A stretch of DNA of 64,000 nucleotides from Octopus vulgaris (Eukaryota), in NCBI GenBank assembly GCA_951406725.2, contig OX597815.1, forward strand, positions 40,734,001 through 40,798,000. Reading direction: 5' to 3'. Of this stretch, positions 48,567 to 61,764 are shown piece after piece. The position numbers were made by a program, and so were the translations under genes. Position 1 is the stretch's first letter. Each line of letters opens with the position of its first letter. The notes under the pieces were generated by a model, which was not told the DNA's origin, made no database searches, and saw nothing but the letters and a program-made list of their open reading frames with translations.

Positions 48567-50424
48567 GAATTAAATACATAGGACATAGAAAACAAGGCCA
48601 CCAGTATATATCCTCTCAATAGCTGACTAAAGTTCTTGAGTTTCAGGTACATTAACAAAAATCACTTTCAGTGGGCCATGTACATGCATATGTATGTTAC
48701 CATGTACTTTTTTTTTGATATCACATGTTTGTTATAAGTGAGTTTTACCATCATTCAAGCGGTGTTCTCCATTTCCTATCTTCTAAGGCATGTCTGTTTA
48801 TGGGGAAGTATTGCTTTGCTTGGAAACAGGTGAAGTTTAGTTACAGGAAGGGTTTACAATCATAGAAAATCCACCTCAATAAATTGCATCTGACTGATGC
48901 AAGCATGGAAAAATGAACGTTTAATCATACATATAAATACAACTCTATAAAAATACAATTGAATGCATCTATAATGATGTGTATATATAGATATATAACA
49001 GTATTTAGGTTTACTTGTGTATGTAGTTTACAACTCTAATAAACTTTTTATTCTATAGATGAAGGTAGTAAACTCCAGAAACCCATGAGAAGTTGATGCT
49101 ATCAAATTCTCCGAAGGCTCATTATAAGTAATTGATTAGTTTCTGCTCCTTGAGTGACCTAATTAGAAGTAGATGGGTGTGTTTGGAAGTATAGTATCTA
49201 CAGTAAGAAAGGATTGGAAAATATTCAAGGAGTTCTTCTGCTGGCAATGAAGAGCTTGTAAGGGTGAAAGGTAGACTGTGAGATGCATGCATTCAAAGTA
49301 CAATGATGTATGGGGGTGAGACATGGACCTTGAAAGCAGAGAACCTGGAGAGACGTGAAAGAAATGAAGTAAGTATATGCCAGCATAAAAAGCAGATGTA
49401 AACATATATATTCTTTTATTCATTCATATAACATCCATTCTTCCATGCAATTATGGGTTTGGATGAAGGTTTGAGACAGAATTTTATGACTGAATGCTCT
49501 TCTTATTGTCAACCTTCACTTGTTTTTCAAGAGATTACTTTTATACCACAAGGCCATGAAAGTATGTACTAACTAGTCATGAAGTCAACATCATTACTGC
49601 TTTGTTCAAACAGTGTTGAGCATGAAATATGTAAACACACACAAGTATGTATAGGCTGGGTGGTTAAAAAGTTTGCTTCCCAGCCACTAGGTTTCAGATT
49701 CAGACTTACTGCATGGAATCCAGTGAATGTGCCTTCTACTACAGCTCTGGGCAGACCAAAGCTTTATCAAAAGATTTGGCAGGTGGAAAGTGAAAGAAGC
49801 AATGTGATTTCTGTCTAAACATGCAAGTATGGAAAAGTAGGTGTTTAAATAAAGCTCTCTCTCTCAGATGTATGTATGTATGTGTGTGTGTGTATAGGCT
49901 CCCACTGCCTTACACAGGCTCCGGTAGTTTCTTTCTGTCTACAAAACTAGGTCGTTCCAAGTCAATAACAAAAGGCATTTTCCACAAGGTCCCACGCAAT
50001 ACAACCAACCTGGAAACAACAGATTTGCCGAAGAGACTTTCTTAATCAAATCACTGACTTTTTTGTCATGGAGTTTTTGCTCTGCTTTATGTTTATGCTC
50101 TCACCGATTGGAGTCACTGATGTGCGTCTTTTGATTTCCATTGACTTCATTGGTGCATGGAGTTCATCTCTTACGAGCAGGAATTTCTCCTTTATCAAAT
50201 AACAGGTGACACTTTCGTGTTTTGTATTAGACACATAATAATGTAATACTGAATAGATCTATAGATTGTAGCTGACACTATATGCACAAACAAATATATA
50301 TATTTTATTGCAATGCAATATACTGTACCGCAGAATATATCTATAGATTTATTGATAATATATGTATGTATGTATATATATGTGTGTCTGTATATATATA
50401 TGTGTGTGTGTGTATGTAAAGGTG

Positions 50425-50465
<41 letters not shown>

Positions 50466-50476
50466 ATGTAAAGGTG

Positions 50477-50517
<41 letters not shown>

Positions 50518-50529
50518 ATATACATATAT

Positions 50530-50740
50530 GATCGTGGCCGTTTGCCAGCCTCGTCTGGCACCTGTGCTGGTGGCACGTAAAAAGCACCCACTACACTCAG
50601 AGTGGTTGGCGTTAGGAAGGGCATTCAGCCGTAGAAACATTGCCAAATCAGACTGGGTCTGGTGCAGCCTTCTGACTTCCCAGACCCCAGTTGAACCGTC
50701 CAACCCATGGAAAGCGGACGCTAAACGATGATGATGATGA
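50530..50740 (+). mobile_element. RTE LINE 3' end
   Basis: Same core and (GAT)n tail as 22011-22505. Confidence 0.85.
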
Positions 50741-51349
50741 TATATATATGGCATATTAGCAGAAACTCACAAACAAAAATATATGCATAGTTCATTTGCG
50801 GCATATCCATCCACACACATACTGAAATAAGTTTACAATGTACAATTTTAAAATCAAGTCATGTTTACTTCTTGTAATCAAGAGAACATTTTAAAACTCT
50901 GGCTCTTCATTGAAAATAAATCATTTAGAAGATTAATATCTGCTTGCTTGGAGAAGAATTCCATTCAGATGAACTGCTTGGACTTCATATTTTGTGAATA
51001 ACATCATTGGTTACAACAGGCCAGTTCACCCGTTCACTGCACTTACAATGGCAAGAATGTCAAGGGATTGTCTTGGGTAGATAAAGGAGTTTATTTGAAA
51101 GCATTTATCAGTTTGCTTACTAAGCTTACATTTTTTGCAGATATACATGGTTACATAATGGACTTTTGCACAGTTTTTGCCAAATTTTACTAACAAGACA
51201 GTGGTCAATCTGAAGTTATGGCAGAAGACAATTTCCCAAGGTGCTATGTAGTGGTTGCGAAGCAAACTTCTTAACTACAAGGCTATGTCTGTACTAGTGA
51301 ATTTTTATATAGTTTTAGTCATGAGAAAGAGACAGAAATCATGATCTTT

Positions 51350-52900
51350 GTAAATATTTAGAGATTGGCAGATGCTGTAGCTTGAACATCTCTAAGTCAA
51401 TGATTACAAGAAAAACATAGGCAGAAAGAAGATTCCAGAAGCTTGATGTTCTGAAATGGAATGGAAATGGGGGTCAATTTGTGGGAGGAGAAACAGGTGT
51501 CAAATTGGTTTGGAAAAAGTTGTATGCAGATAGATAGTTTTAAGAAACAAAGGACATTGTGTATGGTAGTTGTTGAGAGAAGAGACAGAAATTGCAGTGT
51601 CCATGTTAACTAGCTAAATGACCTTTTGGATGAAGGTGTGCAGCAGTATTGTTGTCCTTGATGTGTGGAAGCAGCATTACATGGTTGGCTTCATTTGAGC
51701 TTTGTAAAAAGTCAGCAGTTTATTGAAGTCCAAATATTTTCTAGTTCTGACAGGGAAGGCTAGTCATTAAGATACTGCCTTTGTTATGCTATGGATATGA
51801 AAAAAAGATATCTGTGATTGTGAGGTCTAACATTTATAGTAATTTTGAGGACTTTAGCTGTTTGTTGTCTATGACAAGCTAAAGTGCTATGGAAGAGTTT
51901 TGATATGTGAATTTGTTGTCTTTGTTGTTGGAGGAAACAAGATTGTTGTCTTTGGAAAACGTTTTCAAGTTTCTGTTCATGGAAACAGTGCAGATGTGAC
52001 GTGGGGTGTTTAGGTTGTATGTGGATGATACTCTGTATAGTGCCATCAGTCTTGGAGTGACTACTGTGAAGCAAGCATGTCATTAATGTAGAAGAGGAAG
52101 AATGTGGGGAGACATAGCTAAGCCTTGAGGAACACCAGAAATGATGGAATATGGGCAAGACTGCATAACTGAACAGGAAGCTTTTGACCCAAGAAACAGA
52201 AGTCAGATGGAGCCCAAGGATGAACAGTTTAGTCAGATGTTTTACATATCAGACATGGCTAAATGCTTTAATAAAGTGAATAGTATGTAGGACCATAGCA
52301 AACCTGGTTCCACTGAAACTGAACTGATTGAGGAGGTAGAGAAACTCAAGGTGTTAATGACCGTTTTGATTACTTTTGAAATGTCAGAGGTGAGAAAGAA
52401 GTCACCTGTGACAATTAGCATGTTCCCAAATATTGAGAGAGAGAGAGAGATGTAAGAGTTTGTCAAAGATAGAGCTGGCTTAGGCTGTACTGCTTTCAAG
52501 GGAAATGGAAGGGACATTGTCAAAGTCAGTGACCTTGTTGGTTTTAGGTGGCTAGAGTTGTCCTGACATTTGTTGGAAGTGAATATGCAATGATGAAACT
52601 GGTGGAGAAGAAAAGGAGTTTTGTGTGCAGTATGGATTTGCATGTAAATCAGACAGCAAACATGGAAGTTTCTGCTACAGGAATACTCCTTCAGGAGCCA
52701 TCATAGCTGAGTGTGGTGAGCAGGATTCTACAAAGTAGAGATCCTTTTGGACAGTAACCAATAAGTCAAGCTGTAATTTGGGAGGATGAAGCTTATATCC
52801 TGTGTAATGCATGAAGTATGGATGATAGTATTGAGTGAACTGCAATAGTTTTAAAAACCACTTTTTATAGAGATGAGTGAAATTTTCCATGCATTATAGT
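51350..52900 (-). mobile_element. Heavily decayed LINE (CR1/Jockey group)
   Basis: Purine-skewed plus strand with remnants resembling W.KSFL and related RT-region motifs on the minus strand; no intact frame. Confidence 0.4.
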
Positions 52901-55354
52901 GAGGGCTCTGATGTTAACTGTATCAACAGACTGTTTTCTTAAAATGAATTAGCTGAATATTTTGAACTGTAGTATCAACTATTTGGATAAAAAGTCTTTC
53001 TTAGAAACATATGAATGTTGACTTCTAGTATTGGTTTCTTATATAAAAAGAAGTTTCAGAGTTTTAAGGAAAAGGAAATAAGAAATTAAGATGTTTATTC
53101 CTTTTTCAAGGATATTAGCATTATGAAAACTGGTAATTTTTATTTACACTTCCAAGGAGTTAATGGGACAGTATCAACATGCCCACAATTATAACCAAAT
53201 TTCCATGGTTAAACAGATTTTGTACCTGCATGACAAGGATTTAGGTCCTACAGATTAATAATTCCAAACATTCAATCATCGACCAGTATACAATGTCTTC
53301 TCAAGCAGAATTGACTATAGGGACCCAACAACAATATATCAAATTGGTTTCAGCTTTAGCTTTTACTGCATGTAACAGATGGCTCTTCACCAAAAATCAA
53401 ATCAATGGAATATAAATTGTATGCTGAACTAAACTTATTCATCATGTTATCACTCATTAATTTTAAAAAATGATTGTATTTAAAGACATGCTTGGAAAAG
53501 ACTATGGAGTTTTAAAATTCATATTGTTGCCTATAGTAGTATTATAGAGAACTTCAAAAGAGTAGCTTGAATGGCAAAAAACAGTAAAATCTCCATTAAA
53601 TATCATCCTTTCATCTTAAAAAAGGAGGCATACAGTTAGATGTAGTTTTTGATATGCAATGCCTAAGAAAAGAATAGGGTTGCTAAGGCTGGACTGCTTC
53701 TGATCATAAATTGGCCTTTGCCCAGCCACGATTAGTTTGCGAATTAAACAACAATTACAAACTCTTGACTTTTGCTTGTAGTACCTTCAGTTAGGTCTCG
53801 GTTTAAAAGACATAGACAAGCTTTTATTAAAACTATGGCTTTAAACCCATTGTGTAGCAAATCAATATTACTGCACCATCAATAGCTAACTTCAACTTAA
53901 TGTTATCAGTTAAATCAACACTTTTAAAATAGATGTACAAGTCACTGAATAATAGTAACTGTTATAAGCAACCAGACAACTACTCATTTAGATTATTTCA
54001 TATAACTTTTTTAGCTGTTATAACAGGCACATTTAATTTTGCTTCATAACTGGAAAAACAACCTTTAGCTCTGTTTGGATTTATATTAATGGTTTTATTT
54101 TTACCTTGGTAAGTGATGGAAAAAGCATCTGTCATAATCATCATTAACAAATTATGAATATATTATATACACTTTCACTAGGTAAAAAGATTTTTGAAAC
54201 AGTCTTACTATTTTTAACATCGTTTTTTTGTGGCATTTAATCGTCAGATAATTCTAATTAATGAACTACTACCATTCCTGGAAACAACCAGTTAAGAAAA
54301 AAAAAAAAAAAAAAAGAAAAAAAAAAGGAAAAACTCTTTAAAATATCTTTCAAACAACATTACTTTCCAAATTTGTTTTCTTTTGGTTTTTAAGAAATTA
54401 ATCACTGGATTAGAAGTATAACAGTGATTTGTAATGATATATCAACAATTTGGTATAACTGAATTTCTTTAAACGTATATGAAAAAGAAAATATATTCTT
54501 CATAAATCAAATATCTTAACACTTCAGAATGTTGGTTTATGTTTAAAGACTAAATTCTTCACATGATTTTAATTAACAAAAATGTTTCCCCCCTCCCACA
54601 TTACCAATGAGAAAGCTCCTACTTTACAAACAGAAATAGCAGCCAAATCTACCTCGAGTCACACTTTCAATCTTATAATACATTTCATAAAGTAGTTCTA
54701 GATGCACTGTCTGAAAGAAAAAAAAAAGGAATGGTCACAGATGGAATCCTTTGATCACAGGAATGAATGATCAGGGCTCATCTGTGGGGCACCAAGCAAC
54801 AAAAACCACTTTAAAGAATTCAAAACGAATATTAACCATATTCATAACAATCAATTACTCTTAATCTCATTTTAGAGGGACTAAAAGAATTATGGAAATG
54901 GTTTTCTCTCCCACTAAATCAGATACGCATACATTTAGTTATTTCAGATTGTGAAATAATTCCTTTTTGAAATGGTGGATCTTAAAGCAGATAAAACTAT
55001 AAATAATAGCGTGTAGATATACTGGGTAAAAAAACTAACTAAAACCTTGAATCAAAACGAAAGTGAAAGTCTTAAGGCAAAAAGTTGGGACGTTTTTATC
55101 ACAAAAACAAAAAACCTGAACAGTAACAGGCATAGGTGTGTAGTTAAGAAGTTCTTTGCAACCACGTAGTTCTGGATTTGATCCCACTGTGCAGCACCTT
55201 GGTTAAGTGCCTTCCTATTGTAGCCTTAAGTTGATCAACGCCTTCCTAACAGAATTTGGCAGATGGAAACTCATTGTGTATGTATGCTAATCCCTTTATG
55301 TACCGTAACTATAACTTCATTTCCAGATACCCATGAAATTACTTTAATACTCAC

Positions 55355-55630
55355 CGTGACGATATGCCCATAATATGTGAGAGCAATGACTTGGATTAAA
55401 ATGTTTGCAATGACAATGTCTTCTGATGAAATCTTTTGATATACCTTAATAAGCATCCACCTGTCAGTTGCGGTCTTCAGTAAGCTTTGAATCTTCGCCA
55501 CAACCAACAGTCAAATGAGATGAAAGCCTTAATTCTGTAGTAAGTAATTGCGTCTCGTGTATTCACTGTTAATCGTTTTCTCTTCTATTAATATTCAATA
55601 TATGTTTTGCTCACGTCAGATACGAAAAGT
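55355..55630 (-). other. Candidate non-coding first exon (5' UTR) of the IAP gene
   Basis: Unique, CpG-retaining sequence ending in a strong donor CACG|GTGAGT at 55355/55354. Coding exon 1 has splice acceptors just upstream of its ATG, implying an upstream exon. The start is inferred as about 30 nt downstream of the TATA-like box. Confidence 0.55.
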
Positions 55631-56094
55631 GCGTAAAATATATAGTGGATCCAAATTTATATAGTATCAAACAGAAACTAAAACTATTTTCACTTCCTTT
55701 ACGTAGGGAAAATTCTGACGCCGGAAAACCCCTATCGTTAACGGGGAAAAAAGCATGACACGAAAATCCGAAACTGATAGAAACAAACGGACATTTGAAA
55801 TAATTTCTCCAGGATCGGTATCACTAGCGTGGCTAGTGTGCCGCCCACGGCCCCCACAAAAAATTCATATTGCCTACAACAGACCCAAAAGTGGTGCCGC
55901 CTCCATAAAAGTGCCCTGGGGCGGACCACCCCTTCCAGCTACGTTAATGGTTAGTAAATTTAACAAAACTGTTGAAGGCAGTGCCACAGCTGGCCGCAGT
56001 CCAATGAATAAAACCAGTAAAAGAGTAAAAACAAGTAATTTATTCTTGTAATAATTTTTATTCGTGTTTTAAGGCAAAAACCTATTTATCGATA
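55611..56094 (-). promoter_or_regulatory. Candidate IAP promoter
   Basis: The main CpG-rich non-repeat patch in the window. Motifs: TATATAAA (55663-55656, minus), kappaB-like GGGAAAATTC (55706-55715) and GGGGTTTTCC (55732-55723, minus), CRE/ATF-like TGACGTGA (55618-55611) and TGACG (55716-55720), ETS-like AGGAAGTG (55698-55691), GC boxes near 55841 and 55918, CCAAT at 56001, DRE TATCGATA at 56087-56094. Confidence 0.6.
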
Positions 56095-58104
56095 ATTCGA
56101 TAGAGATTATCATCATCATGCTAATAACGTTTTTACAAATATTTCTTTAAAATTTAGAACGACTTATAAAATCAACTTCCTTCCCTTTAAAATTTGATAA
56201 CTTCCCTTTAAAATTCGGTTTAGGCTTCAATGATCATATATACATACATATATACATACATAGACATATATATATATATATGTCTATATCTTCAATGGTA
56301 TGAATAGGTGATTAATAGATCGTGTGGTTTAACTCGGTACTTCTGAAGAAGGCTATGTTTCTTCTTAGTCATTCCATTAGTCTCATTGTCCAACATGAGG
56401 CTAAATTCAGTAGGAATTTTTTTGGAAAACTTAGCTGTACACCACCGTATGGATACTGTGCAACATTCTTCATTAAATTTAGTGCTACAATCTTGAAAAA
56501 ATAAAATAAAAAAATAAAAATAAAAACAAAATAAAAACATTGTAAATTTCAAAATTGCTTCATTCAAACAAATCACAAAATATTAAATAACAACACCTAC
56601 AATTTGTCATATTTTCATCTGCGTGTGAATGTGTATTTATCTATATGTGTGCCCTCACGGTTTCCAAGGAGCTTTCTTTTGTTTATATCGAAATATGAAC
56701 TTTATAAAGTCGATCATTGAGGTATATCTACGCAAGTATAACGGAATTGATGTTGTTTAGAATTATGCACTAAATTTATATTTTTGTTCGGTGCTTATGA
56801 AATTTATTTAGGTCAGTTAGTATTGCCACAATGAATGCTGACATCTATTGGGAAGTGACGCCATTTTATAGAAATAGCAAGTTTCCATCTTACACAATGT
56901 TCAACTGCACTGGGCAGCGAAAACATTCTTTTTTAAGCACAAATAACTACCCACAGAAATATATTTGTATTCTGTTAAACCAATACACTGCCAAGTATAC
57001 ACAAAGTATGAGTAAGTCATGTTGAGTTGTAAACTTGTTTAAATTGTAATTCAAGTAAATAAACAGTGAATGATGATTACGCATACACGATATATTTTTA
57101 TACGGAATATCAAAATGGTACTTCCTAATGAAGTATATGCCCCACAACACGACATTAAATAAATATATATATGCACAGAAAAATCATAATAGCTATTATT
57201 ATTTTTCACAAACCTTTAAAATCAGATCTATAGCATCCTATGTTGGAGTAACTTCACATCAGTAAGAGCTTAGTTAAGAGTTATCTCCCTTGCGAAGAAA
57301 AAAAGTTGCATGTGCGCACGCATCATAAATATTACGTAATTGTCGTAAAATATTTTCTCTAGCTCCTCATGGAGATGAGAACATGCTGCCAAAACATAGG
57401 CTGGGATGGAGAGCCACCTGGAAGAAATACACTTATACAGATTTTTCACTCCGCAAATCAGAACATAATACTCGTTACGTTTAGAAACCATTAATTTGAA
57501 GGAAGAAGTTCTTGTTTCATAAAAGAGAAACTGAAACTTGCATCGTTTAATATTTAGTGTAGTCGAGAGACAGAGCTGACTAATCCTTTTTACAGTAAAA
57601 ATTTTTCTTTGTTGTGATGTTGGACAAAAAATTGAGATATCTCTTAATTTGAAATGAAGAAATAGTGTTAATTACTTTAAAAGAATACAATTTACCTATT
57701 TGTAGAATTCTAGCCTAAATGTATCTATCAAGTTAGTTACAAATTCAGATATGTAAATACCTAAGAAAATATAAAATAAAAGAATTTTAAATGAGTTGAA
57801 GTACATGAAACTAAAGACCTTTAGTTTGCCATAATAGTTTCTTCATATTTAATTCATGGGGCATTCTCTGTACAACTTGCAAAGGATTTTGATTTATTCA
57901 AATTAGGCCAACCAGCTAAATTGGCAGTGTATATTTTGACAATGTGGATTAATTAATTAATTGTGCACTAGACAGTATTTCAAAATTAAGGTGTACATTT
58001 TAATAAATATGCAGTTTTTAATCTTGCTGTGGGTTCTATTTTGAGAGGTTGTCAAAAGTGATGTTATGAGAAGCTATTGAATGAAGGGGACAAACGGAAT
58101 TTCT

Positions 58105-59375
58105 CCAGTATAGACTCAACAATGGGGCCAGCTGTTCAAGTTGATAATGGTATGATAGAGCATTAAGGATATGAAGGCTGGGAAGGCACCTTGTTCATCA
58201 GGAATTGCTGCTACCATTAGGATGCTTAAAATGTCTGATAAAGTAAGGTTTGGGCCAGTCACCTGCATAATTAATCAAATAGTACAGGAAGGTATCAAAT
58301 GAAATAACTCACATAACATCATCATCATCAGCAGCAGCTATAAGAACAAAAGAGATGCACCAGAGACAGCGCAAAAAGGGCATCAAGGGAAGGAGGGGGC
58401 ACCACAGAAAGGGTAAATGGTTTACGATACAAAAGAAATCACATTAAACTTGCTAAAATAATATTCGGGCTACCTTTATCTCTACTAAGTATAGATGCAG
58501 ATGTGTTACCTAAGATTCAAAAAAGTAGGAGGAAGTTTTTCAAATATAAATAAAATGGAAGTATACAAAAATAAACATTATTTTCCCTCTTACTGTTTTG
58601 TTTCGTTTTGAAAAATGAAAATTTATTTTATAGTTTGTTATTGTTTATGTTTTGAATTACATAATCTTTTATGGGGGCACCAAAATCTTTTAAGTGCTTA
58701 GGCCTTGATGGGTCTTAGTCCGGCCCTGACCAGAGGGAGGAAATTACAGATGTATCAAATTGTTTGACCAGGTTATGAAATTTACAGAAAGAGACTTTGC
58801 CCAATTAATTATGATTAGGATTAGCTTAGATGAGATGCAGTTTGGTTTTGTGCCAGGAAGAAGTACTACTGATGCCAGCTTACAATTGGGACAACACAAA
58901 GAGTATTTATCCAAAAGCAAGCCTAGCAGCTTGTTGACCAAGCAAAGACCTTTGGCAAGGTGCCTCACTCTGAAATCTGATGAATACTGAGGATACTAGG
59001 AGTATATGGCTTGTGTAGAGGTTGATCAGGGTTTAGCTATCAGTTCTCTTCTATTTTTCAGTTTCCCAGGTCATAACAGAGCAGTTTAAGATTGGCTCTC
59101 CATGTGACTCCTATGTGCAGATAACCTAGTCCTTAGTAGAATTAGAGAAGAAATTCCAAACATTGAACCAAGACCTAGAATTGAAAGGCCTCAAAGTAAA
59201 TTTAGCAAAGACTAACGTATCAATAAGTAAGAAGGAAGAAAGAATCCCCGCTAAAATCAGGAAATAGCTTTGGTTGATATGTAGTAAAGGGGAAGGTAGG
59301 AATTCCATTCAGTGTACCTTGTGCAAAATATGGATGTACAAGCAAGCTAATGGAGGAGGTAGACTTTTTATATAA
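58105..59375 (+). mobile_element. Decayed RTE LINE fragment interrupted by a hAT MITE
   Basis: ISLDEMQFGFVPGRSTTDA (ORF 58760..58990); collinear with the 43935-45760 copy. Confidence 0.8.
58367..58728. mobile_element. hAT-type MITE nested in the RTE fragment
   Basis: 8-bp TSD ACCAGAGA (58359-58366) and ACCAGAGG (58729-58736); CAG...CTG termini, right end TTAGTCCGGCCCTG. Removing it rejoins the RTE frame (YKNKRDAPE|..NYRCIKLFDQV). Confidence 0.65.
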
Positions 59376-59728
59376 CAAACTAGCATACCTGTGTCATCAG
59401 AAATGCTGACAGTTTTATCAGTGATTGAATATCACTCATCAGCACAATAGTAAATTAATAAATATGTCAGCAATCTAGTAAATAAATGTACTTATGTAGA
59501 ATTGAAGCACTTGAAGAATGAGATATGATCGTACTGTCTTCATTGAAAATATTGTCCACATAATGTATGTGTGTGTGTGTGTATTTTTTCTCTCCTAGTT
59601 TTTTCTGTGTCCCTTTCTGTAGAAAAGCGTAGGCACGAAATGTAAAAGACTTTTTCTGTTCCTGAGTGTTATACTAACACATCTGTTTGTTTTGTTTTTT
59701 TCATAAACTCTCCTTATATATATATATG

Positions 59729-59962
59729 CCGGTTGATTGAAAAGTAACTCCCTGTTTTAAAATAGAACTCCTGGAGAAATCAGTTGACAAAATTCCTGGG
59801 CAATTCAAAAAGCTGGTGGCAACATCTGGAACCCAAGTCAAATATTAAATAAACCTCATACTAAAACCTGTCTTCTCATACCCATTTTTTAAAAATCAAA
59901 ATTACAATTAATAAATAATCTATAAGTATTTAAAAATAGGGAGTTACTTTTTAATCATCCTG
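59729..59962. mobile_element. Tc1/mariner-type MITE
   Basis: Imperfect TIRs CCGGTTGATTGAAAAGTAACTCCCTGTTTTAAAA and TTTAAAAATAGGGAGTTACTTTTTAATCATCCTG in a TA-rich site. Confidence 0.7.
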
Positions 59963-59979
59963 TGTGTATATATATATAT

Positions 59980-60101
59980 AATTAAAGTCAAAATGAAGGT
60001 GAAAAAATCGGATATTAATTTAATAACATCAATTTAAACACCAGTGGCCTAGCGTATAAAAGACTGAGATTCAGTAAATATTATTAATACACAACTATAG
60101 T

Positions 60102-60149
<48 letters not shown>

Positions 60150-60322
60150 TATACAAATATATATATACACATATGAAAGAGAATCCACTTTAGTGGATTC
60201 TCTCTCATATGTGTATTAATAATATTTACTGAATCTCAGTTTTTTGCGCTAAACCACTGGTGTTAAATTGATGTTATTAAATTAATATACAATTTTTTTC
60301 ACCCTTATTTTGATTTTAATTC
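59980..60322. repeat. Palindromic fold-back element with inner hairpin and (TA)n insertion
   Basis: 59980-60094 mirrors 60210-60322; inner hairpin CATATGAAAGAGAATCCAC-TTTA-GTGGATTCTCTCTCATATG at about 60170-60211. Confidence 0.85.
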
Positions 60323-60423
60323 ACATATATATATATATATATAAATACACACACACACACATAAATATATACATACACACACACGCACATAAATATATAC
60401 ATACACACACACACATATATATA

Positions 60424-61426
60424 TTGGGTTGGAAACTAAGTTCCCGCTGTTTTTTTAAATAAAAATTTTTTAAAAGGTTTAATAAAAAATAACAACTAAT
60501 TAATCAATACTGTATTCACCCTTGTTATTTACAACTTCTTCCCAATGTTCAACAAGATTTTCAATACCTCGTTGTTAGAAATCATCCGATTTCAATTTGA
60601 AAAATTGATCCACCCAAGCTCTCAATTCTGCATCAACGAAACTCCGTGTATAGCATTTGAAATCCATTGGTGTGAAATCAGGAGAATACAGCGGGTGAGG
60701 CAGCACTTCCTATCCATGCGTTTGAATGGCTTCCTTGGTCATATTGGCAATATGAGGGCGGGTGTTGTCATGCAGCAGAAGAACTCCATGCTGCCGATTA
60801 GGCCTTTTCTCTTGAATTGCCGTGTTGAGTCATTCCATCTGTTGATGTACAGGCACCATTTTTCATCACCAGTAATGATTTGGTAAAGAAATCATTGCTT
60901 GTGTCCATGAGTTGAGTAGTGACAAGCAAGCAAACCAGCAGAAATTGTGGCTCATTGATTTTTGTTGTTGTCACTTAAAGTATGCAGAACCCATGCTCCA
61001 TACTTCTGAACCTTTCCCATCGAGTGAAGATGCTTCCCTATAGCAGTGTGGGAGCATTCCATTTTCTCTGCCAGTTCCCTTGTCGTTTGGAATGATGTAT
61101 GTCTTTGAGGTCAAAATTTCCATTTTTGAACTTGGCATACCAATCACGAGCAGTTCTTTCAGCTATGGCACCCTCTCCATACACAGCGCAAATGTCATGA
61201 GCAGCTTTTGCGGCCTTAGAACCTTGATTAAAAGTAAAAAGAAAGAGCTGTTGAAAATGGTTGTTTTTCTTAATTTGACATTCCATTTTAATGATCTGAA
61301 AATAAACAAAAATTAACTCAAATTAACTTAAAAAAAAAAAAAGATTCCAAAATGATTAAAAAAAATTCTCGAAAAAAATAGATTCCAAAATTTAAAAAAA
61401 CGGTGGGAACTTAGTTGCCAACCAAA
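60424..61426 (-). mobile_element. Mariner (SETMAR/cecropia-like) transposon, internally deleted
   Basis: TIRs TTGGGTTGGAAACTAAGTTCCCGCTGTTTTTTTAAAT and ATTTAAAAAAACGGTGGGAACTTAGTTGCCAACCAAA with TA flanks; N-terminus FNQGSKAAKAAHDICAVYGEGAIAERTARDWYAKFKNGNFDLKD; ITGDEKW, HDNTRPH and PHPLYSPD motifs on the minus strand. Confidence 0.92.
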
Positions 61427-61764
61427 TATATATAAATATAAACTAGTAGAGATACCTCGCATTGCCCAGGATTAAAATGCCATAGTTTTTTATTGTTTTA
61501 CTCTTTTTGGTCATGTGACTATGGCCCTGCTAGAGCACCGCCTTTAGTCGAAGAAAACAACCCCAGGATTTATTCTTTGTTAGCCAAGTATTTATTCTAT
61601 CAGTGTGTTTTGCCAAATGGCTAAGTTATGGGGACATAAACAAAGCAACATCGGTTGTCAAGCAATATTGGGGGTACAAATACACACACAAATATACGCA
61701 TATATATGACAGTTTTCTTTCAGTTCCCGTGTAAGAAATCTACTCATAAGGTTTTAGTGGGGCT

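Noticed and set aside
50046-51265. Short non-repetitive ORFs at 50046-50234 and 51026-51265 as extra IAP exons or a second gene
   Set aside because: No recognisable domain and no convincing paired splice sites; could be UTR exons or old repeat debris, but unsupported.
55738-56051. 98-aa and 63-aa ORFs in the GC-richer patch
   Set aside because: They overlap the promoter-motif cluster and have no protein similarity that I recognise; explained by local GC content.
59615-59652. Hammerhead-like CTGTAGAAAAGCGTAGGCACGAAATGTAAAAG
   Set aside because: The core and stem II are too degenerate to fold as a hammerhead in this copy; at most a decayed repeat relic.
61038-61286. SETMAR-like ORF as a possible domesticated gene
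   Set aside because: Lies between mariner TIRs, has deletions and stops, and has no SET domain.
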